From Dehalococcoidia bacterium (lineage in GTDB: Bacteria; Chloroflexota; Dehalococcoidia; Lucifugimonadales; Australimonadaceae): a stretch of DNA of 64,000 bases. The position numbers and the translations under genes were made by a program. The notes beneath the pieces are model-generated. The model had not been told where the DNA came from and did no database searches. It saw only the letters and a list, made by a program, of their open reading frames with translations. How positions within the stretch are numbered: the stretch's first letter is position 1; every line of letters begins with the position of its first letter. This document shows, piece after piece, positions 7,729 through 14,885 of the stretch. Location: positions 2,343,560-2,407,559 of the forward strand of contig OZ242210.1 of assembly GCA_965206315.1 (NCBI GenBank). The letters run 5' to 3'.

Positions 7729-9792
7729 ATGATCAGGATCATCGAACTGCCGCAGGTGGGCGAATCGGTGACGGAGGGCGTCATCGGCAAGTGGCTCGTG
7801 GAGCCGGGGCAGCACGTCGAGAGATACGACCCCCTCGTCGAGGTCGTCACCGACAAGGTGAGCATGGAGGCGCCGTCGCCGTACACGGGCGTGTTCGTCC
7901 GTGCACTCGCCGAAGAGGGCGAGACCGTGCCGATGGGCCAGCCGATCTGCGAGATGGAGGTGGAGGACGAGGAATCCCCCGTCGTTCCTGCGGAGGCAGG
8001 AACCTCGCAGCCCGAGTCCGCAGCATCTTCTGCCCCCTCCCTCTTTGAGATCGAGGCCGAGGGCGAACCCGCAGCGGACGATGCGGAAGACGCCCCCGCT
8101 GAGACGGAAGACGCCGGACGTGTCGGCGGCGCATGGGCGATGCCAGCCGCGCAAGGCGCGGACGCGCCCAGCGCCGGCGTACCAGAGGCCGGGCCGGGCG
8201 AGGAAGCCGAGCATCACACGTTCGAGTTCATGGACAGCGTCCGCAGCGTCGGCCCGACCGGCTCAGGGGAACGCGGAGAGGGACGCCCCGACGCGCTGCA
8301 GGAGCAGGCGCTCGCCGAACGAGAGCACGAGACCGTGGCGCCGAGCGTCGCGGAGCCGGACCGCAGTCACGTCATATCGCCGCTGGTCGCGAGGCTGTCG
8401 GCGCAGTACGGCATAGACCTGTCGGCGGTCCGGGGCACCGGCACCGGAGGCCGGATCACGAGCAAGGACCTGCTCGAAGCAGTCAGCCGCATGACTTCCG
8501 GGCCACAGGAGGCCGAGGCAGAGGAGGCCACCGGAGAAGAACCGGAAGCGGCTGCGGAGGGTGCGCCTGAGGAGGAGGCGGAGGTTGAGCCGGCAAGCCC
8601 CGTCATCCCCGCACAGGCGGGGATCTTAGGTGGCCAAGCCACACGTGCGGGGGCAGCGCACGAGGAGCCAGCGGGGCCGGTGGAGGGCTTGGAAGCGCCT
8701 GCGGAAGCTGAAACCGAGGCCGTAACGGAGCAGCCCGCGTTTGGGGAAACGACAGAAGACGTCGAGGAGGAGACAGCCGAGCAGCCTCTGTTCGAGGAGG
8801 ACATCGAGCAAGCGTTGGACGCTGCTGAGGAAGAGGCGGCGTCTGAGGAAGCGGAGGAAGAGCAAGCGGAGGACGCGGCGCAGCCTGCAGTCGAGGACGA
8901 GTCGGCAAGTCCCGTCATTCCCGCACAGGCGGGAATCCAGGGTGACCGTGAGGTCACACGTGCGGGGGCAGCGCACGAAGAGGGATTGGGGTTTGTGCAG
9001 GACTCGGAGGCGGGCGTTACTTCAGGGGTTGCACAGGAAGCCGAAGAGGAACCCGCGGAGGAGGAGCCAGCGGTAGCCGCCGCCGCGGCAGCAGACACCT
9101 CCGTGATGCCCCTGACGCCTGTCCGCCGCATCATCGCCGAGCACATGGCCCGCTCCTCCCGCGAGATACCCGCCGCGTGGTCGATGGTGGAGGTGGACGT
9201 TACCCGGCTCGTGCGGACGCGGGACGCGCTCAAGGCCGCGTTCGAGACCCAGCATGGCATACCGCTGACCTACCTGCCGTTCGCTGCAGCTGCGGTCGCC
9301 GCAGCCCTGCGGGAGCACCCCCGCCTTAACGCGCGCTGGGACGACGGCCACATCACCCTCAATAACCGTGTCAACCTCGCGGTCGCGGTTGCGACCGAGG
9401 CGGGACTGATGGTGCCCGTCCTGCGCGACGCCGACACGCTCACCATCGCGGCCATCGCCGCCGAACTGCGCCGCCTGTCCGACGGCGCGCGGGCGGGGAC
9501 GCTCGGCATCGAGGACGTGCAGGGCGGCACCTTCACGCTCAACAACACCGGGGCGCTCGGCTCCGTGGTCTCCGTGCCCATCATCAACCACCCGCAGGCC
9601 GCGATCATGACGACGGAGGCCATCGTGAAGCGTCCGGTGGTCGTCGAGGGCGACGCCATCGCCGTGCGCTCGATGATGAACCTCTGCATCACCTTCGACC
9701 ACCGCGTCTGCGACGGCGCGGAGGCTGCCGCGTTCCTCAGCGCGGTCAAGGCCCGCCTCGAAGTCATCGACGAGAGCATCGGCCTCGGGTAG
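7729..9792 (+). CDS. dihydrolipoamide acyltransferase (E2) with greatly expanded acidic linkers
   Basis: Contains a lipoyl domain (VVTDKVSMEAPS), an E3-binding domain (ISPLVARLSAQYGIDLSAVRGTGTGGRITSKDL) and a catalytic domain (TFDHRVCDGAEAAAFL). At 687 aa it is long for the family. The linkers contain three repeat modules. Confidence 0.9.
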   Translation: MIRIIELPQVGESVTEGVIGKWLVEPGQHVERYDPLVEVVTDKVSMEAPSPYTGVFVRALAEEGETVPMGQPICEMEVEDEESPVVPAEAGTSQPESAASSAPSLFEIEAEGEPAADDAEDAPAETEDAGRVGGAWAMPAAQGADAPSAGVPEAGPGEEAEHHTFEFMDSVRSVGPTGSGERGEGRPDALQEQALAEREHETVAPSVAEPDRSHVISPLVARLSAQYGIDLSAVRGTGTGGRITSKDLLEAVSRMTSGPQEAEAEEATGEEPEAAAEGAPEEEAEVEPASPVIPAQAGILGGQATRAGAAHEEPAGPVEGLEAPAEAETEAVTEQPAFGETTEDVEEETAEQPLFEEDIEQALDAAEEEAASEEAEEEQAEDAAQPAVEDESASPVIPAQAGIQGDREVTRAGAAHEEGLGFVQDSEAGVTSGVAQEAEEEPAEEEPAVAAAAAADTSVMPLTPVRRIIAEHMARSSREIPAAWSMVEVDVTRLVRTRDALKAAFETQHGIPLTYLPFAAAAVAAALREHPRLNARWDDGHITLNNRVNLAVAVATEAGLMVPVLRDADTLTIAAIAAELRRLSDGARAGTLGIEDVQGGTFTLNNTGALGSVVSVPIINHPQAAIMTTEAIVKRPVVVEGDAIAVRSMMNLCITFDHRVCDGAEAAAFLSAVKARLEVIDESIGLG
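7981..8003 (+). repeat. repeat module B (GTCGTTCCTGCG-RAG-GCAGGAAC hairpin), intragenic and in frame
   Basis: 'gtcgttcctgcggaggcaggaac' is translated as VVPAEAGT inside E2. An identical 23-mer lies at 61969-61991, and intergenic copies lie at 11309-11331 and elsewhere. Confidence 0.8.
8602..8665 (+). repeat. repeat module C (GTCATTCCCGC-N4-GCGGGAATCCAGGGTG...GCGGGGGCAGCGCACG), intragenic and in frame
   Basis: Translated as VIPAQAGILGGQATRAGAAHEE. Intergenic homologues lie at 13947-13997, 59922-59973 and 63884-63940. Confidence 0.8.
8914..8980 (+). repeat. repeat module C, second intragenic in-frame copy
   Basis: Translated as VIPAQAGIQGDREVTRAGAAHEE. Same nucleotide family as 8602-8665. Confidence 0.8.
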
Positions 9793-9805
9793 AGCCTTCT
9801 TCATT

Positions 9806-10090
9806 GTCATGTTGAGCGGAGCCGGAGGCGGAGTCGAAACATCTCTCGGGGAGCGTTCGCGAGTGTGGTGCGTCTCCCGAGAGATTCCTCGGCTCCGCTC
9901 GGAATGACAGTATTGGCTCCCCTCTCCTGAGGGAGAGGGCAACGCGCTTCAGCGCGTGGGTGAGGGCCCTGCGTGTGGCGTGTGGGGCAGTCCGTCGTTC
10001 CTGCGCTTCAGCGCGCGCGGAGAGCAGGAACCTCACCTCGGGGTGTCTTGTCCCTTCCCCCTTGATGGGGGAAGGTTAGGATGGGGGTGA
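9806..10090. repeat. mosaic repeat cluster: A (9806-9850), inverted A (9874-9908), D (9919-9967), long B (9994-10031), E (10050-10090)
   Basis: All five modules recur elsewhere in the window. The cluster fills the E2/purH spacer. Confidence 0.8.
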
Positions 10091-10122
10091 GGTCACTTGA
10101 TTCTCGATAACGAGGAGTAACG

Positions 10123-11298
10123 ATGCCTGAGTCCGACATTACGCTGCGCTACGGGATGAACCCGCACCAGACCCCCGCGAGGGCGTTCGTCGAGCAGGGC
10201 GCGCTCCCGTTCGAGGTCCGCAACGGCTCGCCCGGCTTCATCAACCTGCTGGACGCGCTCAACTCGTGGCAGCTCGTCCGCGAGCTCCGCGCCGCCACCG
10301 GTATGCCCGCTGCGGCCTCGTTCAAGCACGTCAGCCCGGCAGGAGCGGCAGTCGGCGTGCCGCTGAGCGACACCCTCGCGCAGGCGTACTTCGTCGACGG
10401 GTCGTCCCTCTCACCGCTTGCGGCCGCCTATGCCCGCGCGCGTGGCGCCGACCGCGTCTCGTCGTTCGGCGACTGGATCGCCCTCTCGGACGTGGTCGAC
10501 GAGCCCACGGCCCGCCTGATACGCCGCGAGGTGTCGGACGGCATCATCGCACCCGGCTTCACGTCGGAGGCTGCGGAACTGCTCGCCGCCAAACAGGGCG
10601 GACGCTACTGCATCTTGGAGGCCGACCCAGCCTACGAGCCGCCGGACGAGGAGACGCGCACCGTCTTCGGCGTGCGGATGCGGCAGGCGCGCAACGACGC
10701 CTCCGACTGGGCCGCGCAGCTCGCCAACGTCACCGGCGCGGACGGTGGGCTGCACGAGTCCGCGCAGCGCGACCTCACCGTCGCGCTAGTCACGCTCAAG
10801 TACACGCAGTCGAACTCGATGTGCCTCGCGCTTGACGGGCAGGTCATCGGCAACGGGGCAGGGCAGCAGTCGCGCATCCACTGCACCCGGCTCGCCGCGA
10901 GCAAGGCGGACACCTGGTGGCTGCGCCAGCATCCCGCGACGCTGGGCCTGCCGTTCAGGGAGGGCATCGGACGCCCCGAGCGCGACAATGCCGTCGACGG
11001 CTTCCTGCGCGATGACCTCGCCCCCGCCGAGGACGAGGTGTGGCGTGCCGCGTTCGCGGAGGTCCCGCAACGGCTCACCCCTGCGGAGCGTCGCGAGTGG
11101 CTCGACTCGCTCACCGGCGTCTCGATGGCCTCCGACGCCTTCATCCCGTTCCGCGACAACATCGACCGCGCGGCGATGAGCGGCGTGAAGTACGTCGTGC
11201 AGCCCGGCGGCTCCGTCCGCGACGACGACGTCGCCGCCGCCTGCGCCGAGTACGGCATCGCCATGGCCATCAGCGGCGTCCGCCTCTTCCACCACTAG
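10123..11298 (+). CDS. purH: phosphoribosylaminoimidazolecarboxamide (AICAR) formyltransferase, stand-alone (no IMP cyclohydrolase domain)
   Basis: LRYGMNPHQ, GSPGFINLLDALNSW and SFKHVSPAGAAVG are PurH transformylase-domain motifs. The 391-aa product begins directly at the transformylase domain. Confidence 0.75.
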   Translation: MPESDITLRYGMNPHQTPARAFVEQGALPFEVRNGSPGFINLLDALNSWQLVRELRAATGMPAAASFKHVSPAGAAVGVPLSDTLAQAYFVDGSSLSPLAAAYARARGADRVSSFGDWIALSDVVDEPTARLIRREVSDGIIAPGFTSEAAELLAAKQGGRYCILEADPAYEPPDEETRTVFGVRMRQARNDASDWAAQLANVTGADGGLHESAQRDLTVALVTLKYTQSNSMCLALDGQVIGNGAGQQSRIHCTRLAASKADTWWLRQHPATLGLPFREGIGRPERDNAVDGFLRDDLAPAEDEVWRAAFAEVPQRLTPAERREWLDSLTGVSMASDAFIPFRDNIDRAAMSGVKYVVQPGGSVRDDDVAAACAEYGIAMAISGVRLFHH

Positions 11299-11308
11299 GT
11301 GCTCCCCC

Positions 11309-11530
11309 GTCGTTCCTGCGAAGGCAGGAACCCCGCCTGGTGTAGGGGCGTCCCTCGTGGGCGCCCGGCTTGACCCACCTCTCCCTTGGGGAGGGTCGAC
11401 GCGCTTGCGCGGCGGGTGAGGGTGACCGGTGCGCTGGATGGACACCTGGTGTAGGGGCGTCCCTTGTTTGCGCCCTGCCTGACCCCTCTCCGCCAGGAGA
11501 GGCCCGCGCCTTCAGCGCGTGGGTGAGGGC
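11309..11530. repeat. mosaic repeat cluster: B (11309-11331), F (11341-11366), D (11376-11425), F (11450-11475), D (11483-11530)
   Basis: The F-D unit is duplicated in tandem. All modules are shared with other spacers. Confidence 0.8.
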
Positions 11531-11582
11531 GGATCCCTGTGGGGTATGCTGTGGCCGACGCCTCCGGAGGAGCAAGACCCCC

Positions 11583-12434
11583 ATGGAACTGACCCTGCTC
11601 GGCACAGGCACGCCCCAACCCAGCCCGCGGCGCGCGGGGCCCAGCAACCACCTGCGCATCGGTGGACAGTCCGTCCTCGTCGACACGGGCACCGGCTGCG
11701 TGCGCCGCATGGTCGAGGTGGGGGAGGACACCACCGAACTCGACTACATCTTCCTCACCCACATGCACTCCGACCACACCATCGACCTCGCCCACGTGCT
11801 GCTCACCGGCTGGATCCGCTACCGGAAGCGACCGTTCACGGTCGTTGGTCCGGCGCGGACGCGGGACTTCGTCGAGCGGCTCGTCCACGCCTTCGAGGAG
11901 GACATCCGCATCCGCCGCCTCCACGACCGCGTGGGCGAGGACGTTATGAACGTGCGTGTCGTCGAGGTGGGCCACGGCGACCACGTCGAGGGCGACGGCT
12001 GGCGCGCCACGGCGCTGGAGGTCGAGCACGGCTACGTGAAGCCCGCGCTCGGGTTCGTCTTCGAGGAGGACGGCAGCAGCCTGGTCGTCTCGGGCGACAC
12101 GGCGGTGAGCGACGCCATCGTTGAGGCCGCCTCATCCGCCGACATGCTGCTGCACGAGCTGATGTACACGCAGCCGCACCGCGGCGGGCCCGCGCCCGAC
12201 GGACGCGACTACCACGAGGTCGACCGCGAGAACCTCACGGAGTTCGCGCGGCGCATCGCCAACTCGCACACGTGTCCGCACGGGCTCGCCGAGGTCGCCG
12301 CCAGATCGGAGGTCCCGCACGTCGTCGCAACTCACATGGGAGACGTCGACGAGCCGTGGTCGCGCGAGGTCATCAGCGCCAACTACGAGCGAACGCTGAC
12401 CTTCGGCGAAGATCTGATGCGGTTCACGGTGTAG
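11583..12434 (+). CDS. MBL-fold metallo-hydrolase (RNase Z/ElaC-like)
   Basis: ORF 11370..12434, trimmed to MELTLLGTGTP (M72) because upstream residues read through repeats. Carries the HxHxDH motif LTHMHSDH. Confidence 0.8.
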   Translation: MELTLLGTGTPQPSPRRAGPSNHLRIGGQSVLVDTGTGCVRRMVEVGEDTTELDYIFLTHMHSDHTIDLAHVLLTGWIRYRKRPFTVVGPARTRDFVERLVHAFEEDIRIRRLHDRVGEDVMNVRVVEVGHGDHVEGDGWRATALEVEHGYVKPALGFVFEEDGSSLVVSGDTAVSDAIVEAASSADMLLHELMYTQPHRGGPAPDGRDYHEVDRENLTEFARRIANSHTCPHGLAEVAARSEVPHVVATHMGDVDEPWSREVISANYERTLTFGEDLMRFTV

Positions 12435-12444
12435 CGGGGGTTCC

Positions 12445-13068
12445 TCACCTCCAACGCGAAGGCCGTGTCAGGACATAGCCGTCGGCCTTGGTTACGCGGT
12501 CTGGAAACTGACTGTCCCTCAGTGCGCTGCGGCCTATGGTGAAGAAACCTCTCGCTGCTTGGCGGAGACCAGCGGAATGCCGGCCCGGCGGGAAGGCAAC
12601 CACAACGCGCTTTGCGGGATAGCGCTCGTTGATGGTGCGAACAGGTCCGGCCAGGTCGCCATCTCCCGATACGACGAGAGCGGTATCGAACAGGTCGTCT
12701 TGGGCATCGCCAAGCAGTTCGACCGCGATGTTCACGTCGGTCATCTTCTCCTCGTAGGTATGCTCGATAGCTCCGCAGGAGGAGCAGCGTCTCCTCTTGG
12801 CGAGATGGTAGCCATAGTGGATGTGCAGGTCGGGAAGAGTAGCCAGGGCCTCCAGATAGGTGTTTTGCCGCCTTGGCTTGTCGGCGTCGAAAGGCTCGGG
12901 ATACACGACAGCGGTGAAGTAGCGAACCGCCACCAAATGCTGGTCGGCTCGCAGCAGTTTCTGGGACAGGAGGTGAAGGTCCAGCCAGTAGTAGCGTCGC
13001 CACCCTTGTCGCCTGAGACCTTGGTAGAGATTGAGCCCGTCGATGTAAACTGCGACTCGCTGTGTCAT
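12445..13068 (-). CDS. NYN-domain (LabA/PIN-like nuclease fold) protein
   Basis: RVAVYIDGLNLY ... EKMTDVNIAVELL ... ALVVSGDGDLAGPV are typical NYN motifs. Start taken at M15 of ORF 12445..13110. Confidence 0.65.
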   Translation of the reverse strand: MTQRVAVYIDGLNLYQGLRRQGWRRYYWLDLHLLSQKLLRADQHLVAVRYFTAVVYPEPFDADKPRRQNTYLEALATLPDLHIHYGYHLAKRRRCSSCGAIEHTYEEKMTDVNIAVELLGDAQDDLFDTALVVSGDGDLAGPVRTINERYPAKRVVVAFPPGRHSAGLRQAARGFFTIGRSALRDSQFPDRVTKADGYVLTRPSRWR

Positions 13069-13227
13069 GTGTTCCTCATGTGGGGTAGGCAGTACGTGCT
13101 TGACACCCAAGGCACGTCGGGTGTGAAATGGCTACACTCCCCCAGTGATAGGATCACTGGGCCGACGCCCCCAACTGGGGGCGTCTCTTCATTTATGGGC
13201 GATGACTGCTCGGATGTCCACCCCGGG

Positions 13228-13887
13228 ATGACAGTGGTTGAGGGGATGACAACACGGCGCGGCGAAGTGCACTGGCTCGGCGAAGGCATCGACTACGCCT
13301 GGGCGTTGGGATTGCAGCGCGAACTGCTCGAACAGCGGGTCGCCGGCGAGCGCGGCGACACGCTGCTGCTGCTCGGCCACGCGCCGGTCTACACGGCGGG
13401 ACGCCGCTCCGTGCCGGAGGACGTGCTCGTCCAGCTTGACGCTCCGCTCGTCGAGACCGACAGGGGCGGGCAGACGACGTACCACGGGCCCGGGCAGCTC
13501 GTGGGCTATCCCATCGTGTCGCTCGCTGACCTCGGCCTGGGACCGAAGCGGTACGTCGAGGCGGTCGAGAGCGCGCTCATCGCGGCGCTTGGCGAGTACG
13601 GTATCCTCGCGCACCGCGAGGAAGGACTGACGGGGGTGTGGACGGCGGCGGGGAAGATCGCGGCGATAGGCGTGAAGGTCTCGCGCGGGGTCACGATGCA
13701 CGGCTTCGCGCTGAACGTCGCCACCGACCTCCGGGCGTACGACGCCATCGTCCCGTGTGGCATCGGCGACAGGCCGGTGACCTCGCTGCACGCGCTCCTG
13801 GGACGCGCGCCGGACCTGAAGGAGGCGGCGTACGTCGTGGCGGAGGCGCTCGGCGCGTCGCTCGGTATCGCGTGGCGCGCCCGTTAG
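13228..13887 (+). CDS. lipB: lipoyl(octanoyl) transferase LipB
   Basis: LLLLGHAPVYTAGR, GGQTTYHGPGQLVGYPI, KIAAIGVKVSRGVTMHG, IVPCGI. Only the 3' part of ORF 12559..13887 is used. An alternative start lies at 13246. Confidence 0.85.
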   Translation: MTVVEGMTTRRGEVHWLGEGIDYAWALGLQRELLEQRVAGERGDTLLLLGHAPVYTAGRRSVPEDVLVQLDAPLVETDRGGQTTYHGPGQLVGYPIVSLADLGLGPKRYVEAVESALIAALGEYGILAHREEGLTGVWTAAGKIAAIGVKVSRGVTMHGFALNVATDLRAYDAIVPCGIGDRPVTSLHALLGRAPDLKEAAYVVAEALGASLGIAWRAR

Positions 13888-13946
13888 CGGCCGCCGCTCC
13901 CGCCCCCAGCTTTCACTGGAATCACGATGCGTGTGTCCTCTGTCCC

Positions 13947-13997
13947 GTCATTCCCGCACCGGTGGGAATCCAGGGTGCGCGGGCAGCGCACGTGGGG
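13947..13997 (+). repeat. repeat module C (intergenic copy)
   Basis: 'gtcattcccgcaccggtgggaatccagggtgcgcgggcagcgcacgtgggg'. Confidence 0.8.
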
Positions 13998-14001
13998 TGT
14001 C

Positions 14002-14015
14002 GGGGGGGGGGGGGG
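14002..14015. repeat. G14 homopolymer tract
   Basis: 14 consecutive G, located 66 nt upstream of the ATG at 14081. Confidence 0.9.
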
Positions 14016-14080
14016 CAGCCGCCGCTAACGTGCATCCCTTTTTCATGTACGGGCAGGTTGCCGCTCCCTAGAATTGCTCC

Positions 14081-14779
14081 ATGCCCGCGACCCGCGAACT
14101 GCTCGCGCTGCAATCCGTGGACGATGAGCTTGCCGTCCGCCGTGCACGGCTGAGCGAGATCGCGCCGCTGCTGGGCGACGACTCGGCGATACGTGCCCTG
14201 GCAAACCGTCTCGCGTCGGAGCAGGCCGAGGTCGACTCGGCGCTTGGGCGCCAGCAGGAGTTCGACTCGGTCATCGCCGGTTTCACGGAGCGCGTGGACG
14301 CCGCCGAGAAGAGGCTCTACAGCGGCGTGGTCGTGAACCCCCGCGAACTGCAGGACCTCCAGGCCGACGTCAACATGCTCAAGCGCCAGCGGGGCCAACA
14401 GGAGGACGCGCTCCTGGAAGTGATGGTGGAGCTCGACACCGCGCGCGGTAAGCGCGACGCCTCCGCGAATGAGTTGGAGTCGCTGAAAGTGTCGTGGGCT
14501 GCGGAGCAGCAGTCGCTCACGGCCGAGAAGCAGCGGCTGGAGACGGAGGTGGCCGACTTCGAGGGTCAGCGCGAGTCCCTTACCGGACGCATACCCCCGC
14601 CTGAGGTCGCCCTGTACGAGCAGGTGCGGAGGAACCACCCGCACCCGGTTGCGCAGATGCACAACAACACCTGCAACGCGTGCCGTGTCGGCGTCCCGAT
14701 GCGCACGGCGCAGGAGGTGCGCACCTCCTCGGCCCCGGTTCGATGTCCGCACTGCGGGCGCATCCTGTTACCGGAGTAG
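14081..14779 (+). CDS. coiled-coil protein with C-terminal C4 zinc ribbon (COG1579-like)
   Basis: A long heptad-rich region is followed by CNACRV...CPHCGRIL. Confidence 0.6.
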   Translation: MPATRELLALQSVDDELAVRRARLSEIAPLLGDDSAIRALANRLASEQAEVDSALGRQQEFDSVIAGFTERVDAAEKRLYSGVVVNPRELQDLQADVNMLKRQRGQQEDALLEVMVELDTARGKRDASANELESLKVSWAAEQQSLTAEKQRLETEVADFEGQRESLTGRIPPPEVALYEQVRRNHPHPVAQMHNNTCNACRVGVPMRTAQEVRTSSAPVRCPHCGRILLPE

Positions 14780-14785
14780 TCGGGT

Positions 14786-14820
14786 CCCCTCTCCTGAGGG
14801 AGAGGGTTAGGGTGAGGGCC
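14786..14820. repeat. repeat module D (CCCCTCTCC-YGAG-GGAGAGGG...GGGTGAGGG)
   Basis: 'cccctctcctgagggagagggttagggtgagggcc'. Confidence 0.75.
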
Positions 14821-14885
14821 CTGTGGAGGTGGAGCGGGGGAGTATGTCGTCGGTATGCAAACCGAAGAGAGCATGGAGTAGAGCG

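Noticed and set aside
8602-8980. The duplicated SPVIPAQAGI...TRAGAAHEE segments as a genuine functional protein repeat of E2
   Set aside because: The same nucleotide sequence family occurs in non-coding spacers (13947, 59922, 63884) and in both orientations. A DNA-level repeat origin explains it better than a protein-level motif.
8367-9260. 297-aa Ser/Ala-rich minus-strand ORF inside the E2 linker region
   Set aside because: It is the antisense shadow of the acidic Glu/Ala-rich E2 linker. The E2 frame is continuous and joins well-conserved domains.
9806-11530. Possible CRISPR array, given the many short repeats
   Set aside because: The repeats belong to several different families, are individually palindromic, have irregular spacing and no unique spacers of uniform length. 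No cas genes are present.
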